Below, piece after piece: positions 25,684 through 36,436 of a stretch of 64,000 nucleotides of DNA. The DNA comes from Clostridia bacterium (GTDB taxonomy: Bacteria; Bacillota; Clostridia; Christensenellales; DTU072): the NCBI GenBank assembly GCA_017504305.1, contig JAFVRJ010000009.1, positions 13,591 through 77,590 of the forward strand. Reading direction: 5' to 3'. The first letter of the stretch is position 1. Each line of letters opens with the position of its first letter. The notes below the pieces were generated by a model. The model had not been told where the DNA came from and ran no database searches. It saw only the letters and a list, made by a program, of their open reading frames with translations. A program made the translations under genes and the position numbers.

Positions 25684-28600
25684 ATGAACAAAAAGATCGT
25701 TTTAATTTTACTCGCAATCGTTTTGACGTTATCGTTTTCGATGGTACTCGTTTCATGTCACAGTGCCGTCAACATCGATCACATAGAGATTTACTCTATG
25801 CCGAAGACGGATTATTTAGTAGGGGAATCTTTGGATATTACCGATGCAAAGATTTTAGTCGTCTATAAAAATAATACCGAGCAACTTGTAGATATTACCC
25901 CGAGTATGCTCTCCGACTTCAACTCCTCCACTCTCGGCACTCAATACATAAACGTTTATTACGAAAATCATAGCGCCGTTTTTGCAGTAAACGTATCTCG
26001 CTATCCCGTAAGCACCGTTGAGCTTATCGTACCTGCATCTAATGTTAACTACGTTCAAGATCAGCTCCTCCGCACTGATGGTACTTACATGCAAATCAAT
26101 TTCCAAGACGGCTCTTACGAGCGTATTGCCGTAACCAAGGATATGTGCTCCGGTTTCGACTCCAATGATATAGGCAGTCAAACAATTACCGTTAGAGCCA
26201 CCCTCGACGGCGTTGAATATACCGGTTCGTTTGGCGTTACCGTTGAGGCAAAGGAACTTATCGCAATCGAAGTAACCACTGCTCCCACCAAAAATATTTA
26301 CTACATTTACGACGACGTTATCGATTTAAGAGGGGGCGTTCTTTTATTCAAATACAATAGCGGTTATTCCACCTACGTTGATATGACCGACGTTAACGGC
26401 AATCCCATCAACGGATTATCGATCGAGTGGGATACTTCCGTAGTTTCTAACAATAGTAATGTTACCGTTAAGTATCAACATCTCACCTCTAACTTCCAAG
26501 TTCAAGTTAAGATAAGAGACGTTGCTTCTTACGAAATTTTAAATAATCCCAAAACTCAAAAACAAAACTTGGACCTCGATTTGACCGGCACGGTTATTAA
26601 GCTCAATTACAATAACGGCGAAAGCGAAACCGTAACCTTGCCGAGCGACAAAGTTGAAATTCAAAATTACGATAAGAGCCTCGTAGGCAAGCAAACCGTA
26701 GCTTTAGTATTTAAGTATGGTGAAGGTGTTCTTGCTACCGGCGGTACTATGGACATTGAAGTAGAGGAGCGCAAGCCCGTAGAGGACAACCCCTTTGAGT
26801 TGGTTGATTGCGTAATCTATCAAGATACCGAATTCGACGTTTCCGATGTCAAAGTTCGCATTGTATTCGATAACGGTGAGTACGGCGATCCCGTTGCTCT
26901 CAATAACGCCATGATCGAGTGGCCCAACGGTATTGCGGTTAACGTTTACTCCGAAGCAGGCAAGAAGAGTTGGCGCATTTCATATATGGGCTTAACGGCT
27001 GATTGTGATTTTATCGTCGAAGCTCTTCGCGTAACCAATATCGAGTTGTTTAACGTAAGTAACGTTTTTGCATACACCGGCGATAATGCTTTAGCACACG
27101 TGGGCGATGCAAACATGACCATCACTTATAACAGCGGTTTGGTAAAAGAAAACGTAGCTCTTGATCCCGAGATGCTTACCTTCGATGCTACTACCACGGG
27201 TGTCAAAAAGGCAACGTTAACTTACACCGATAAGTACGAACCCGGATTCGTCAAAGCTGATGCACTTAACGTTACCGTTGTAAAAGAGATTTCATCGGTA
27301 GTAATAGGCGGATCTTATAAGACCGAGTACGTTATCGGCGAGAAGTTTGATACTACCGGTATGATTTTAGAGGTTAACTACGAGGGCGCCGGCGAAGCAG
27401 AGTTTGTAAACGCCAACGACTTTGGTACCTTCTGGACCTTCCGCAGTGATTTGGCAGACGGTTCCTTAACCTTTAATAAGGTAGGCACCGTTAGGATTTA
27501 TCTTGTAAACCTCGGTATCAACGAAGGCGACGAGTTTAGTTTTACCGTGAACGTCACGAACGACCTCGTATCACTTGCTCTTTACAAAATAGACGAACTT
27601 GGCAACTACGTTGAAACCAATTCATTAGGTACCGTAGTCCAAGGTTTACCGATCGACTTAACCAATTATCGCATTTTGGCTACATATCAAGGCTCCTACG
27701 AATACGTACAAGTAACCAGCGATATGTTGGATTACAACTTCAAGGATAACTCCCTCGGCCAAAGAACCGTTGTAGTTACCTATGAAGGCTTGGCTCTTGC
27801 CGATGCAACCGATCCTATTACCGTAAACGTAGTAGCACGTAACGTAAAGGGCATTAAGGTTATCAAGAGCCCCGATAAGACCATTTACGTTCAAGAAAGT
27901 GCTTCCAGCGTTTTATCGTACGAAGGTCTTAAACTTAACCTTGTTTACGACAACGAAACAACTACTCCCATCGACGTAACTCAAAGTGTTGACGATGCAA
28001 CGTTAAGCTTTGCAGGTCTTGATATTAACAAGATCGGCACGCAAACCATCACTGTTACCTATATTTACGGCGAAACCTCTTATCAAGATACTTTTGAGAT
28101 CGAAGTATTATCCCCCGAACCGAAGTCCATTAGCTGGTCCGACGGCGTTGTTCCGGAAAGCTATTTGACAATCGGTGCTGCATTTAACCTTAAGACAATT
28201 TCGTACGTAGGAAGTCAAGGTTATTTGGAAAGACTTGCTGATAAGAAGATTAACGTCGAAAACTCCAACGGTATCATCAATAACGATATCTCTCTCGATA
28301 CCTTAATCGATAACTTTACCGTAACCGGTTATACCGCTACCCAAACCGGACTTCAAACCGTTCACCTTAAGTACGGTAGTAGCGATTTATATCTTGCAGT
28401 AAGAGTTCACGTCGAAGAAAGAGTCCTTAAGAAGATTAACCTCCTCATCAACGGCGCAGATAAACTTACCATCATCCAAGGCGCTCCCATCGATCTTGCA
28501 AACCTCAAGCTCGAATTGGTATTTAACGACGATGCAACTTCCGTAGTTCCTATGGATGCAAGTTATATTAACGTTTCTGAAGCAAATCCCAACGGCTACG

Positions 28601-31600
28601 ACGTAACCAATACCGATATCGGTACTCGTAACGTAACTATTTCCTATACCTATGCTAACGAAACTACTCCCGTAACTTTGACTCTTGCTCTCGAAGTATA
28701 TCAAAAGAGCCTCACCGAGATCGTTATAAACGATATACCCAAGCAATACTACGTCGAAGGTGAGTCCTATGATAAGAGCCAAGGCTCTATAATGCTTTAC
28801 TACAACAACGGCACGACCATGGTAGTTCCGCTCGCAGAAGCAACTATCGGTAACGAGAACTCCTCTTTCAATATCGATATCCGTCGCTTTAATAACGAAG
28901 AGTTTACCGGCTTCAGTAAGGCTCAACGCATCGAGATCAAATACGGCGCTTGCAAGACCTCTTACACTATATATATGCGCGACCGTCGTAACGCCTTTGT
29001 AGAGCTCGGTCAAGATAACCAATATTCCATTGTTTACGGCACGACGACAAAGCACGTTATTAAACTCATGGGTTACGATAAAGCGTTTACCGCAGAGGAA
29101 GACGTAAAAGAGTTTAATAAAGGTAGCTTTACCGTTGAGTATATTCCTCAAGAGGTATGGCTCGACGTAGGTAGAGAGTTTGGCGTTGATTATACCGTAT
29201 TCCCCTCTAAAGTAGGCGTTTACTACATTGTTGTAAGCTATGCAGGCGACTCTCAACATAACGCTTACGAGCAAGCTGTCCAAACCTTAACTATCAATAA
29301 AAAAACTTTATACGTCACCATCGCCAACGCAACCATGATCTACGGATGTCAAATTCCTGAAATCAAAATCATGTTGAGTGCTGATGGCGTTAATTTCGAA
29401 AATGATCCCATGCGCTTGTTCGTCGAAGGCGATAACTTCACTTCGCCTAACTTCAATCCCGAAGTTATTTCAGGCACCGTTGCATACCTTGTAAACGCTA
29501 AAGGCGAATACGTATTAGATGTTAACGGCGACAAGATCGTAATCGATATCTTCAATATCGTTTATAAAATGGGCAATTCCGTAGTAGACGTATTCTCAAC
29601 CAGCAAAGCAGGTAGCTACTCTATTGACGTTCAAAATAAATTCGTCTCCCCCAACTACGATATTCAATATAAGTACGGCGCACTTACCATCAATCCACGT
29701 AAGGTTTTAGTAACGCCTCAAGATTTGTCTTACACTTACGGCACTGCAGTCGTTCCTGTAATTCCCTTCACCGTATCCGCAGTTAGCGGAGAAGAAGATA
29801 CCACCGGTTTATTACCCACCGACGTTCTTGGCGGTGCGCTTTCTCGCGAAAATTCCGATGTTAAGACGGTAGGGGATTATAAAGTAACCATTGGCAGTTT
29901 GCATGAGTTCAATAAAGAATATTATCAAATCGATCTTGTTGGCGAAGCTTACGTAAGAATTATTAAGCGTATCGTTTACGTTAAGACCGATAGCGTAATT
30001 AAAGTTTACGGCGAGCCCTTCACTACACCTGCAGTTAAGTTCTATTCTGATGCAACTTGTACTATAGAGTACAATGCGTTTGCCGAAGGCGACGTGGTTG
30101 AACTTGATGGCGGAATTTTGGACGTATCAAAGGTAGGTTCCGTAGATATTAGTAACATTGCTTATAACGAAACCACTCCCGCAGGTACGTACGACGATAT
30201 GGCTGCTGATTTTGTACTAACCGAGTTTGGCGCAGCAAACTACAAGGTAGTATTGGTAGCCGGTGTATTGGAAGTTTCCAAGCGTCCGGTATCCGTAGTT
30301 GCTGATACCGTTACCGTTGCATATGGCGAAAGTGGCAAGTTAACTTATAAAGCAAGAGCTATTGAAGGCGATAGCGCAAGTGGCTTATTGGCAAGTGATA
30401 TGCAAGCCGATGGCACTGCAAACGACGGCGTATTTACGGGAGCTCTTGATAGAGTAAACGGCACTAACGTTGGCGAATACACCATCCTTATCGGCGATTT
30501 AGCGTCTTCCAACTATGCAATTTCCTTTGTCTCTGCAAAATACGTAATCACGCCCAAAGCTCTTTACGTAAAGATCGCAGACACCGATTTAACCAAAGTT
30601 TACGACGGCAAAAAACCGGTTGTTAATGCATATGCGCTATATGAAGATAGCACTGCAGAAAAGGCATATGACGAAGAGTTGGCGGTAATTGCAAAGAACT
30701 TCGTTATAATTACGATAGAAAACGCTACTAAAGACGTTAACACTTACGGCATAACTGTTTCGGCAAGCAGTAACAACTACGCCGTTCAAACAATTACTAA
30801 TTATAGCTACACTATAACTCCTCGTATGGTTGCTCTTGATGCCGATGATTACTTTGGTATTCCTTATGATCTCGAGTATAAGGGCGAAGCATATAGCTTC
30901 TACGCTAAAGTTCCTAAAGAAGCGTTGCAACTCCAATACAATGACGACGGTAGCGTTAAAACCGACGATAACAATGCTCCGCTGTACGATGATGATAGCG
31001 TAACACTTTCGACGTCGTCTGTAGTTAATGCCGGCACCTACACCATAACGGCTGTAAGGATTAATAACGATAACTATCAAATTGACGTTGATAATAGTCC
31101 TGCGATTACCTTCGAACTTTCCCCGTACACACTTAAGGTTGTTATAAAGAATTGTAATGAAAACAATGTTTTTGAACGCGAATATAACAACCAAATGGCA
31201 TATTTGCAAACTTCCGAGTATGAAATAGAGAATCCGCTCGAAGGATACGAAATGCCCCAATATAGTTTAGGTATTTTCCTTAACGGTACGGCAGCAAACT
31301 ATAGCGACGTTCTTTTCGATGAAAATAGTGGTGAAGTAATAGGTTACGATATTCTTGTTGCTGTTAACTCAAGCGATACTAACTACAACGTTGTGCTTAA
31401 AGAAGCATATACTTACAAAATCGTTCCCAAGAAAGTAAGCATAAGTATATACGATGGCTATAAGAGCAAAACTTATGATGGTAAAGAGCCCAGCTTAGCT
31501 AATGGTACGTTTACCACAACGGAAGCTGTAATCGGCTTTAATTCAAGCAAAGTATCGTTTAGCTTTGAAAGAACGGTACAAGATGGTAGACCGAATTCCA

Positions 31601-34600
31601 CGGTTGGATTCTATGCCGTATCGGTAGATTGCTCGGACCGCAACTTCAAAGTTGTTCTTGCCGAGCCTGTTGATTATGAAATCAAGCAAGCGAATTTGTC
31701 CGCAACGCTTATTAATATAGAAAAAGCATATAATGCCAGTGCTTTCCGTGTACTTTTAGAGGATTTAGAGTTTAGATCACTTTATATTGATAACGTTCTC
31801 AACTTCTATGGTGGTGCGGATGCATCAAGTGAATTTGGTAAGTTCAAAGCTGCCATGTCGGCATTATCAAGTGCAATTTCAAACGTAACTACTACGGCTA
31901 AAGCAATTCGCTTTAATAACGAAGATTACGCGTTGAACTGTATTTCTAATGCAAGGGAAGCATTGAATAAATTATATAATCAAGCAGACAATACCGGCGC
32001 TATAAAAGCATTGACCGCTATTTGTAATGAATGGGGAACAAATAAACACTCCAACGCCAACTTGTTAGATACTTATTTCAACTTGATTATAGACCTTGTC
32101 AATACTTTAAACGCAACCTATGACACAATGGAGGCTAATTTGAGTAGCGAACAATACTCGCAAGAGGCATTGAATACCGCGCTTACTCATATTGCAAGCA
32201 TCCAAAATACGTTTGACAAAGCAAACACGTACGTTGCTTTCGTATTTGCCGAAGAGCCCATTATGGCAGGGGATGAAGGATACGAATATGAGCTTTATTA
32301 CTCTGATATAAATAGAGTAATAGGTATTACAAACAATCCTAAAAAGGTTTATATTGCAACGTTTGATTATTATATTTTCCCTGTTGCGAGCGAAAGCGAA
32401 TTTGGCGATGAGTTCATGCTTAATTACGTTATTAGGGATGGCGAATCGTCAAATAGCAATATCATAGATGCAAATACGCTTGATAAGATTAAGAGCTATT
32501 ATGATATTACAATCACTCTTAGAGAATACGACTTTGTCAATCCGGAAATTAATGCGGTAAAGAGCTATCCGTTTAGCATTACACCCAAACTAATTGATGA
32601 CGGACTACCGTGTCCTTATTCACTTCAAATTAGGTATCAATATTCTGGCGAAGAAACAATTATGCACAAGATTGTTCGCAAGAAGCTTACTTATGATATT
32701 ACTATCGAACTCGAAGGCATCTATGGCGATATGTTCTCTCTTGAGGGTACTCAATTAGAAATAGGCCAAACCTCAATTGATTTATTAGCTTATTTTGATG
32801 TTGATGCTGATAATAAGAATAATTTACGTAATTCAAACTTAAGATTCGGATTGGATAGCAATGATGATGGCATTTCAGACACTGACGTTATTAAGAACTA
32901 TAGATTCAGTAAGGTTGGTTCATATAAGATAATCCTTGTAGGTCAAGAATCTACTAAATATGATATTAGCGTAAACGTAGACGGTTGGTTGAATGTAAAC
33001 AAGAAGAAGCTTACTATAGTCAATACGTCATTTAATAAGACCTATGGTCTAATGTATGCTGAAGAAACTTACGTTGCTGAAGACTTAAAAGCAAAGGACG
33101 GTCATCAATTTATTAACTTTATCTACAATGGCATTGTAGAAGAATTGGATGGCGGTACTGAAATTTCCGTTAAAAATGCAGAACTTAATAAAACGGGTAA
33201 ACTGAGCGAGATCCAATGGGGATATGAAGCTATTGGCGTAGATCCATTTGCATCAACGACAACCGTGGCGGAAAGTATTGGTGGATTAATTGTTTATCTT
33301 AAAGATTGTGGATACGAAATGGAAAACTATGAAATCGATTTCGATAGTACGCCCATTACAGTACAAGTTGAAAGAGCCCTTCTTTCGTTAACAATTGTAT
33401 CTGCTACTGATAGAGCATTATCTTCATATTATATGAACACTCCTTCTGAAGCTGATTATCAAATTGTTTACGAAGGATTCAAAAACAATGATAAAGAAAA
33501 TGAAGTAGAAATATTAGGGGATTTAACCATAGATGTAGATTTCACCAATAATGGTGCATATTATGATGCTGGCTCTCGACCCATAAATGTAACTATTAAT
33601 GGCGACACGAGACACGAGATCGATAACTATATAATCGAAGCATCGGCAAATAATAAATATACCGTTCTACCGCGTATTATTAAGGCTTGGCTCGAAAACG
33701 TAGATGCAGTAATGGCTGATTTAACTGGCAAAGTCAAAATCGAGCCTTATCGTGTTACGATGGACGATAATAGCAATAAAACGATTGTGGCTGGACAGTA
33801 TGGAATAAATAACTTTAAATTTGAAGTTGACCTTTCTGATGTCGAAGATAGCAACAGACGAAAAGAAATAGAAGACTATTTCAATAGCGTCACGATAGCA
33901 ACAGGTTACGACGGTTTTTCTCTCTCACTTGGTGATGTGCATGAAACGAATGCTCTTTATAAACACGCGATAGCTTACGATTCTATTGATGCAAGTAACA
34001 ATACCGCGTTAGCAAGATTAACTGGCATGACGGTTGCAGGTAATAACTTTGCCATAAATCCCATGGGCGTCGATGCATCGTTTGAGATCAAAGTCTATCC
34101 TCAAATAGCGAAATTTGAGGTTGTTAAAGCGGTAGATAGGTTGTTGGCGGAAGATTTGGTAAAAGATGGTCAATATCCTAAAGGTTTGCATAAGTTTATA
34201 GTTAATTTGATTTATGCTGGAGATGCGTGGATCGAGAATAATGAAGAAGGCTTATCTTTGTTGGATTGCATCAATGGTAATTACGTTTCTATTTTAGGAG
34301 CTATTCCCACTGTTGTAAATAAGAGTGCTAGCGTAATCGCAAATATCAATGCAAATAATGCATTCTTTACCAGAACTTTAATAACGGAAGCAAGTTCCCA
34401 AAGAGCAGTAGAAGCTATTAAGGGCAGTAATCCTGTCAATGTAACAGACAATCGAACCAAAGTATACGTACCAGAAGTTCAAGGTAGTGAAATCTTGTTA
34501 AGGTTCTATAATGATAGCACCGCAGAAACCGTAAACCCGGAGATTGGTATGGTTGGTGGTGCGAACGTGGAATACCGTAAGATAGTTGCAAATGGTGGTA

Positions 34601-36348
34601 CGTATCGCACTGTTAGCGAGCATGAATACAATGCAATGCATTTGGAGATTGCGATCAAACCCACTTCGAGCGTATTGAATCCTTGGCTTGAGGTGTACTT
34701 ATCTGGAAATAGTAGTACTTCGCCTTACATTAAGCTTAAATTTACGCATGGCGCCCCAGATTCATTAACTATTATGACAAAGATATTGGCAGGGGATGAG
34801 TCACCAATATTAACTAGAACGTTAACTGATATAAAAGTAGGTAATTTATTCGATGGTTTGACTCACGATATACGTACGTATTTGGATAAAGAAACGTTGG
34901 ATCTCATAGTAACTGTTGATGGCAATATTTGCGCAAACGTGGCGTTATCTTCACTTAAAGATGATAACTATGGTGGCGTATATAGTGGGCTGATTTCAGA
35001 TGCAAGTACGTTAATTCAAAGCTCAAAGTTTGAGATTGCCGTTAGCGGAGATTTTAGTATTAGGTACTTGAAGCTCTCCGAGCAAGGTTTATTTGAAGCA
35101 ACTGGTTCGCATATCAAGTTGCCGGCACTTTCAAACAAGCTAACAGTAAATGATGGCGAGAGCTACGCGCTTGATAAGACCCAATTTAACAACTTAATGG
35201 GATTGTATTTAGCAGATACGGCAACCCTCACCACGGTCTATTATGTAAACGGACGCCCCGTATTCGGTGATGATCAAACTACAATCGAGTTACCCATGGG
35301 CATACATCTAATAGAACTCGCACTATATGATGGCTCAACATTAGTGGACTATCAAGATAGGATAGTATATGTAATCGAAAACAAAGAAAGTGATTATTTC
35401 AAAACAACCTTTGTAATTCGTGGAAAAGAAGAAGGGCAAGCCTATGAATATACTACAGACCTTTTGAGCGACGAGGATGGTAATACTTATGCTACGTTAT
35501 CATTTGTGGGTGCTTCGGGAATGAGCCGCGTATACTTCAATGGAAACAGTATATTGGAAGACGTTTCATCAACATTGGTGGATAGTTATGAGGTTGTTCT
35601 CATGCGCGAAGCAACTCAATATGTTTTAATCATTAAAAACGTATACACGGGCAAAATTGCTATTGAGAAAAATATTGGAGATAGTAGCTTGGCCATTAAC
35701 GGAACGTTTGCTTCATCTGAAACGGCTACATTATCTATCCTTGATACTACCTTTGAACAAACCGAAGAAGTATACAAAGATTATAATGTTGACGGCACGT
35801 TCACCGGCTATGGCAGTACGGCACTTAAGGAAGGCAGTACGCTTACGTTCGTAGGAGATGAATACTTAAGCTACGATAGATTAACTATTCACTTTAACAA
35901 TGAATCGGCCGACGGAAAGATTAGGATTAATCTCTTTGAGAATATCGATGGAGATGGCGCGTATATTGAATATGATCTCGTAAGCAATCAAATTAGCTTT
36001 ATTTACTACGTGATGATTCAAGGCGTTGGTGAAATGACGATGGTTAAAGGATCCGAAGAACAGACCTTGTCGTTAGAGACAGCTAATGTAGGAAATCATG
36101 TAATAGACGTGGTAATCAATAAAGAAGAAAAATCTGTTTCAATAGTGGTTGATGAAGTAGCAAATGCAGTCTTTAATATTTATCCTGTAACTATAGGACT
36201 AAACACCAAAGAACTTGTTATGAGCGCTTACAACAAGGCGTCCGTTGTAACTGAAGGACAAAAGATAACGGTAAATGCGTTCTCGGTATACAGTAACGAA
36301 AACAATGCATACGTTGATAAAGCGATAACAGAGGAGTCACAAATCTAA
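25684..36348 (+). CDS. Giant (3,554-aa) surface lipoprotein: tandem Ig-like repeats, MBG-like modules, helical segment, LamG/jelly-roll-like C-terminal modules
   Basis: SD AAAGAGG (25673-25679). MNKKIVLILLAIVLTLSFSMVLVSC lipobox. Ig-like repeats to about 29.2 kb (G.Q.I.V.Y......F.V.V endings). MBG-like K..L.V...K.YG..P modules from ~29.28 kb. Helix-rich segment ~31.8-32.25 kb. DGLTHDIRTYLDKETLDLIVTVDGNICANV and GNHVIDVVINKEEKSVSIVVDEV are LamG-like. No C-terminal anchor. Confidence 0.9.
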   Translation: MNKKIVLILLAIVLTLSFSMVLVSCHSAVNIDHIEIYSMPKTDYLVGESLDITDAKILVVYKNNTEQLVDITPSMLSDFNSSTLGTQYINVYYENHSAVFAVNVSRYPVSTVELIVPASNVNYVQDQLLRTDGTYMQINFQDGSYERIAVTKDMCSGFDSNDIGSQTITVRATLDGVEYTGSFGVTVEAKELIAIEVTTAPTKNIYYIYDDVIDLRGGVLLFKYNSGYSTYVDMTDVNGNPINGLSIEWDTSVVSNNSNVTVKYQHLTSNFQVQVKIRDVASYEILNNPKTQKQNLDLDLTGTVIKLNYNNGESETVTLPSDKVEIQNYDKSLVGKQTVALVFKYGEGVLATGGTMDIEVEERKPVEDNPFELVDCVIYQDTEFDVSDVKVRIVFDNGEYGDPVALNNAMIEWPNGIAVNVYSEAGKKSWRISYMGLTADCDFIVEALRVTNIELFNVSNVFAYTGDNALAHVGDANMTITYNSGLVKENVALDPEMLTFDATTTGVKKATLTYTDKYEPGFVKADALNVTVVKEISSVVIGGSYKTEYVIGEKFDTTGMILEVNYEGAGEAEFVNANDFGTFWTFRSDLADGSLTFNKVGTVRIYLVNLGINEGDEFSFTVNVTNDLVSLALYKIDELGNYVETNSLGTVVQGLPIDLTNYRILATYQGSYEYVQVTSDMLDYNFKDNSLGQRTVVVTYEGLALADATDPITVNVVARNVKGIKVIKSPDKTIYVQESASSVLSYEGLKLNLVYDNETTTPIDVTQSVDDATLSFAGLDINKIGTQTITVTYIYGETSYQDTFEIEVLSPEPKSISWSDGVVPESYLTIGAAFNLKTISYVGSQGYLERLADKKINVENSNGIINNDISLDTLIDNFTVTGYTATQTGLQTVHLKYGSSDLYLAVRVHVEERVLKKINLLINGADKLTIIQGAPIDLANLKLELVFNDDATSVVPMDASYINVSEANPNGYDVTNTDIGTRNVTISYTYANETTPVTLTLALEVYQKSLTEIVINDIPKQYYVEGESYDKSQGSIMLYYNNGTTMVVPLAEATIGNENSSFNIDIRRFNNEEFTGFSKAQRIEIKYGACKTSYTIYMRDRRNAFVELGQDNQYSIVYGTTTKHVIKLMGYDKAFTAEEDVKEFNKGSFTVEYIPQEVWLDVGREFGVDYTVFPSKVGVYYIVVSYAGDSQHNAYEQAVQTLTINKKTLYVTIANATMIYGCQIPEIKIMLSADGVNFENDPMRLFVEGDNFTSPNFNPEVISGTVAYLVNAKGEYVLDVNGDKIVIDIFNIVYKMGNSVVDVFSTSKAGSYSIDVQNKFVSPNYDIQYKYGALTINPRKVLVTPQDLSYTYGTAVVPVIPFTVSAVSGEEDTTGLLPTDVLGGALSRENSDVKTVGDYKVTIGSLHEFNKEYYQIDLVGEAYVRIIKRIVYVKTDSVIKVYGEPFTTPAVKFYSDATCTIEYNAFAEGDVVELDGGILDVSKVGSVDISNIAYNETTPAGTYDDMAADFVLTEFGAANYKVVLVAGVLEVSKRPVSVVADTVTVAYGESGKLTYKARAIEGDSASGLLASDMQADGTANDGVFTGALDRVNGTNVGEYTILIGDLASSNYAISFVSAKYVITPKALYVKIADTDLTKVYDGKKPVVNAYALYEDSTAEKAYDEELAVIAKNFVIITIENATKDVNTYGITVSASSNNYAVQTITNYSYTITPRMVALDADDYFGIPYDLEYKGEAYSFYAKVPKEALQLQYNDDGSVKTDDNNAPLYDDDSVTLSTSSVVNAGTYTITAVRINNDNYQIDVDNSPAITFELSPYTLKVVIKNCNENNVFEREYNNQMAYLQTSEYEIENPLEGYEMPQYSLGIFLNGTAANYSDVLFDENSGEVIGYDILVAVNSSDTNYNVVLKEAYTYKIVPKKVSISIYDGYKSKTYDGKEPSLANGTFTTTEAVIGFNSSKVSFSFERTVQDGRPNSTVGFYAVSVDCSDRNFKVVLAEPVDYEIKQANLSATLINIEKAYNASAFRVLLEDLEFRSLYIDNVLNFYGGADASSEFGKFKAAMSALSSAISNVTTTAKAIRFNNEDYALNCISNAREALNKLYNQADNTGAIKALTAICNEWGTNKHSNANLLDTYFNLIIDLVNTLNATYDTMEANLSSEQYSQEALNTALTHIASIQNTFDKANTYVAFVFAEEPIMAGDEGYEYELYYSDINRVIGITNNPKKVYIATFDYYIFPVASESEFGDEFMLNYVIRDGESSNSNIIDANTLDKIKSYYDITITLREYDFVNPEINAVKSYPFSITPKLIDDGLPCPYSLQIRYQYSGEETIMHKIVRKKLTYDITIELEGIYGDMFSLEGTQLEIGQTSIDLLAYFDVDADNKNNLRNSNLRFGLDSNDDGISDTDVIKNYRFSKVGSYKIILVGQESTKYDISVNVDGWLNVNKKKLTIVNTSFNKTYGLMYAEETYVAEDLKAKDGHQFINFIYNGIVEELDGGTEISVKNAELNKTGKLSEIQWGYEAIGVDPFASTTTVAESIGGLIVYLKDCGYEMENYEIDFDSTPITVQVERALLSLTIVSATDRALSSYYMNTPSEADYQIVYEGFKNNDKENEVEILGDLTIDVDFTNNGAYYDAGSRPINVTINGDTRHEIDNYIIEASANNKYTVLPRIIKAWLENVDAVMADLTGKVKIEPYRVTMDDNSNKTIVAGQYGINNFKFEVDLSDVEDSNRRKEIEDYFNSVTIATGYDGFSLSLGDVHETNALYKHAIAYDSIDASNNTALARLTGMTVAGNNFAINPMGVDASFEIKVYPQIAKFEVVKAVDRLLAEDLVKDGQYPKGLHKFIVNLIYAGDAWIENNEEGLSLLDCINGNYVSILGAIPTVVNKSASVIANINANNAFFTRTLITEASSQRAVEAIKGSNPVNVTDNRTKVYVPEVQGSEILLRFYNDSTAETVNPEIGMVGGANVEYRKIVANGGTYRTVSEHEYNAMHLEIAIKPTSSVLNPWLEVYLSGNSSTSPYIKLKFTHGAPDSLTIMTKILAGDESPILTRTLTDIKVGNLFDGLTHDIRTYLDKETLDLIVTVDGNICANVALSSLKDDNYGGVYSGLISDASTLIQSSKFEIAVSGDFSIRYLKLSEQGLFEATGSHIKLPALSNKLTVNDGESYALDKTQFNNLMGLYLADTATLTTVYYVNGRPVFGDDQTTIELPMGIHLIELALYDGSTLVDYQDRIVYVIENKESDYFKTTFVIRGKEEGQAYEYTTDLLSDEDGNTYATLSFVGASGMSRVYFNGNSILEDVSSTLVDSYEVVLMREATQYVLIIKNVYTGKIAIEKNIGDSSLAINGTFASSETATLSILDTTFEQTEEVYKDYNVDGTFTGYGSTALKEGSTLTFVGDEYLSYDRLTIHFNNESADGKIRINLFENIDGDGAYIEYDLVSNQISFIYYVMIQGVGEMTMVKGSEEQTLSLETANVGNHVIDVVINKEEKSVSIVVDEVANAVFNIYPVTIGLNTKELVMSAYNKASVVTEGQKITVNAFSVYSNENNAYVDKAITEESQI

Positions 36349-36436
36349 TCTAAAAAAGCAATGTGCAAGCAAAATATCAAAAATTGCTTGCACATTGCAA
36401 AAGCTTTATGCTATACTACTTAAGCATTAATAATAT

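Noticed and set aside
25455-25691. 78-aa minus-strand ORF in the intergenic region
   Set aside because: It spans a terminator, the GCGCGC cluster and the promoter. It has no SD and an Arg/Phe-rich composition driven by the CG tracts. Spurious.
28387-29283. 298-aa ORF antisense to the giant gene, with a 207-aa one at 30637-31260
   Set aside because: Both lie entirely inside the 3,554-aa ORF on the opposite strand. They have no SD or promoter and a low-complexity, Val/Ile/Asn-rich composition typical of antisense frames of RNY-biased coding sequence. Such frames disappear exactly where the sense gene becomes AT-rich.
29299-29305. A7 homopolymer inside the giant ORF as a slipped-strand phase-variation switch
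   Set aside because: Seven residues is short for efficient slippage, and similar A6-A7 runs occur in ordinary genes and intergenic DNA here. There is no supporting evidence without population reads.
25684-36348. Diversity-generating retroelement or other targeted hypermutation acting on the giant gene
   Set aside because: No reverse transcriptase, template repeat or Avd-like gene is present anywhere in the window, and I saw no near-identical TR/VR pair.
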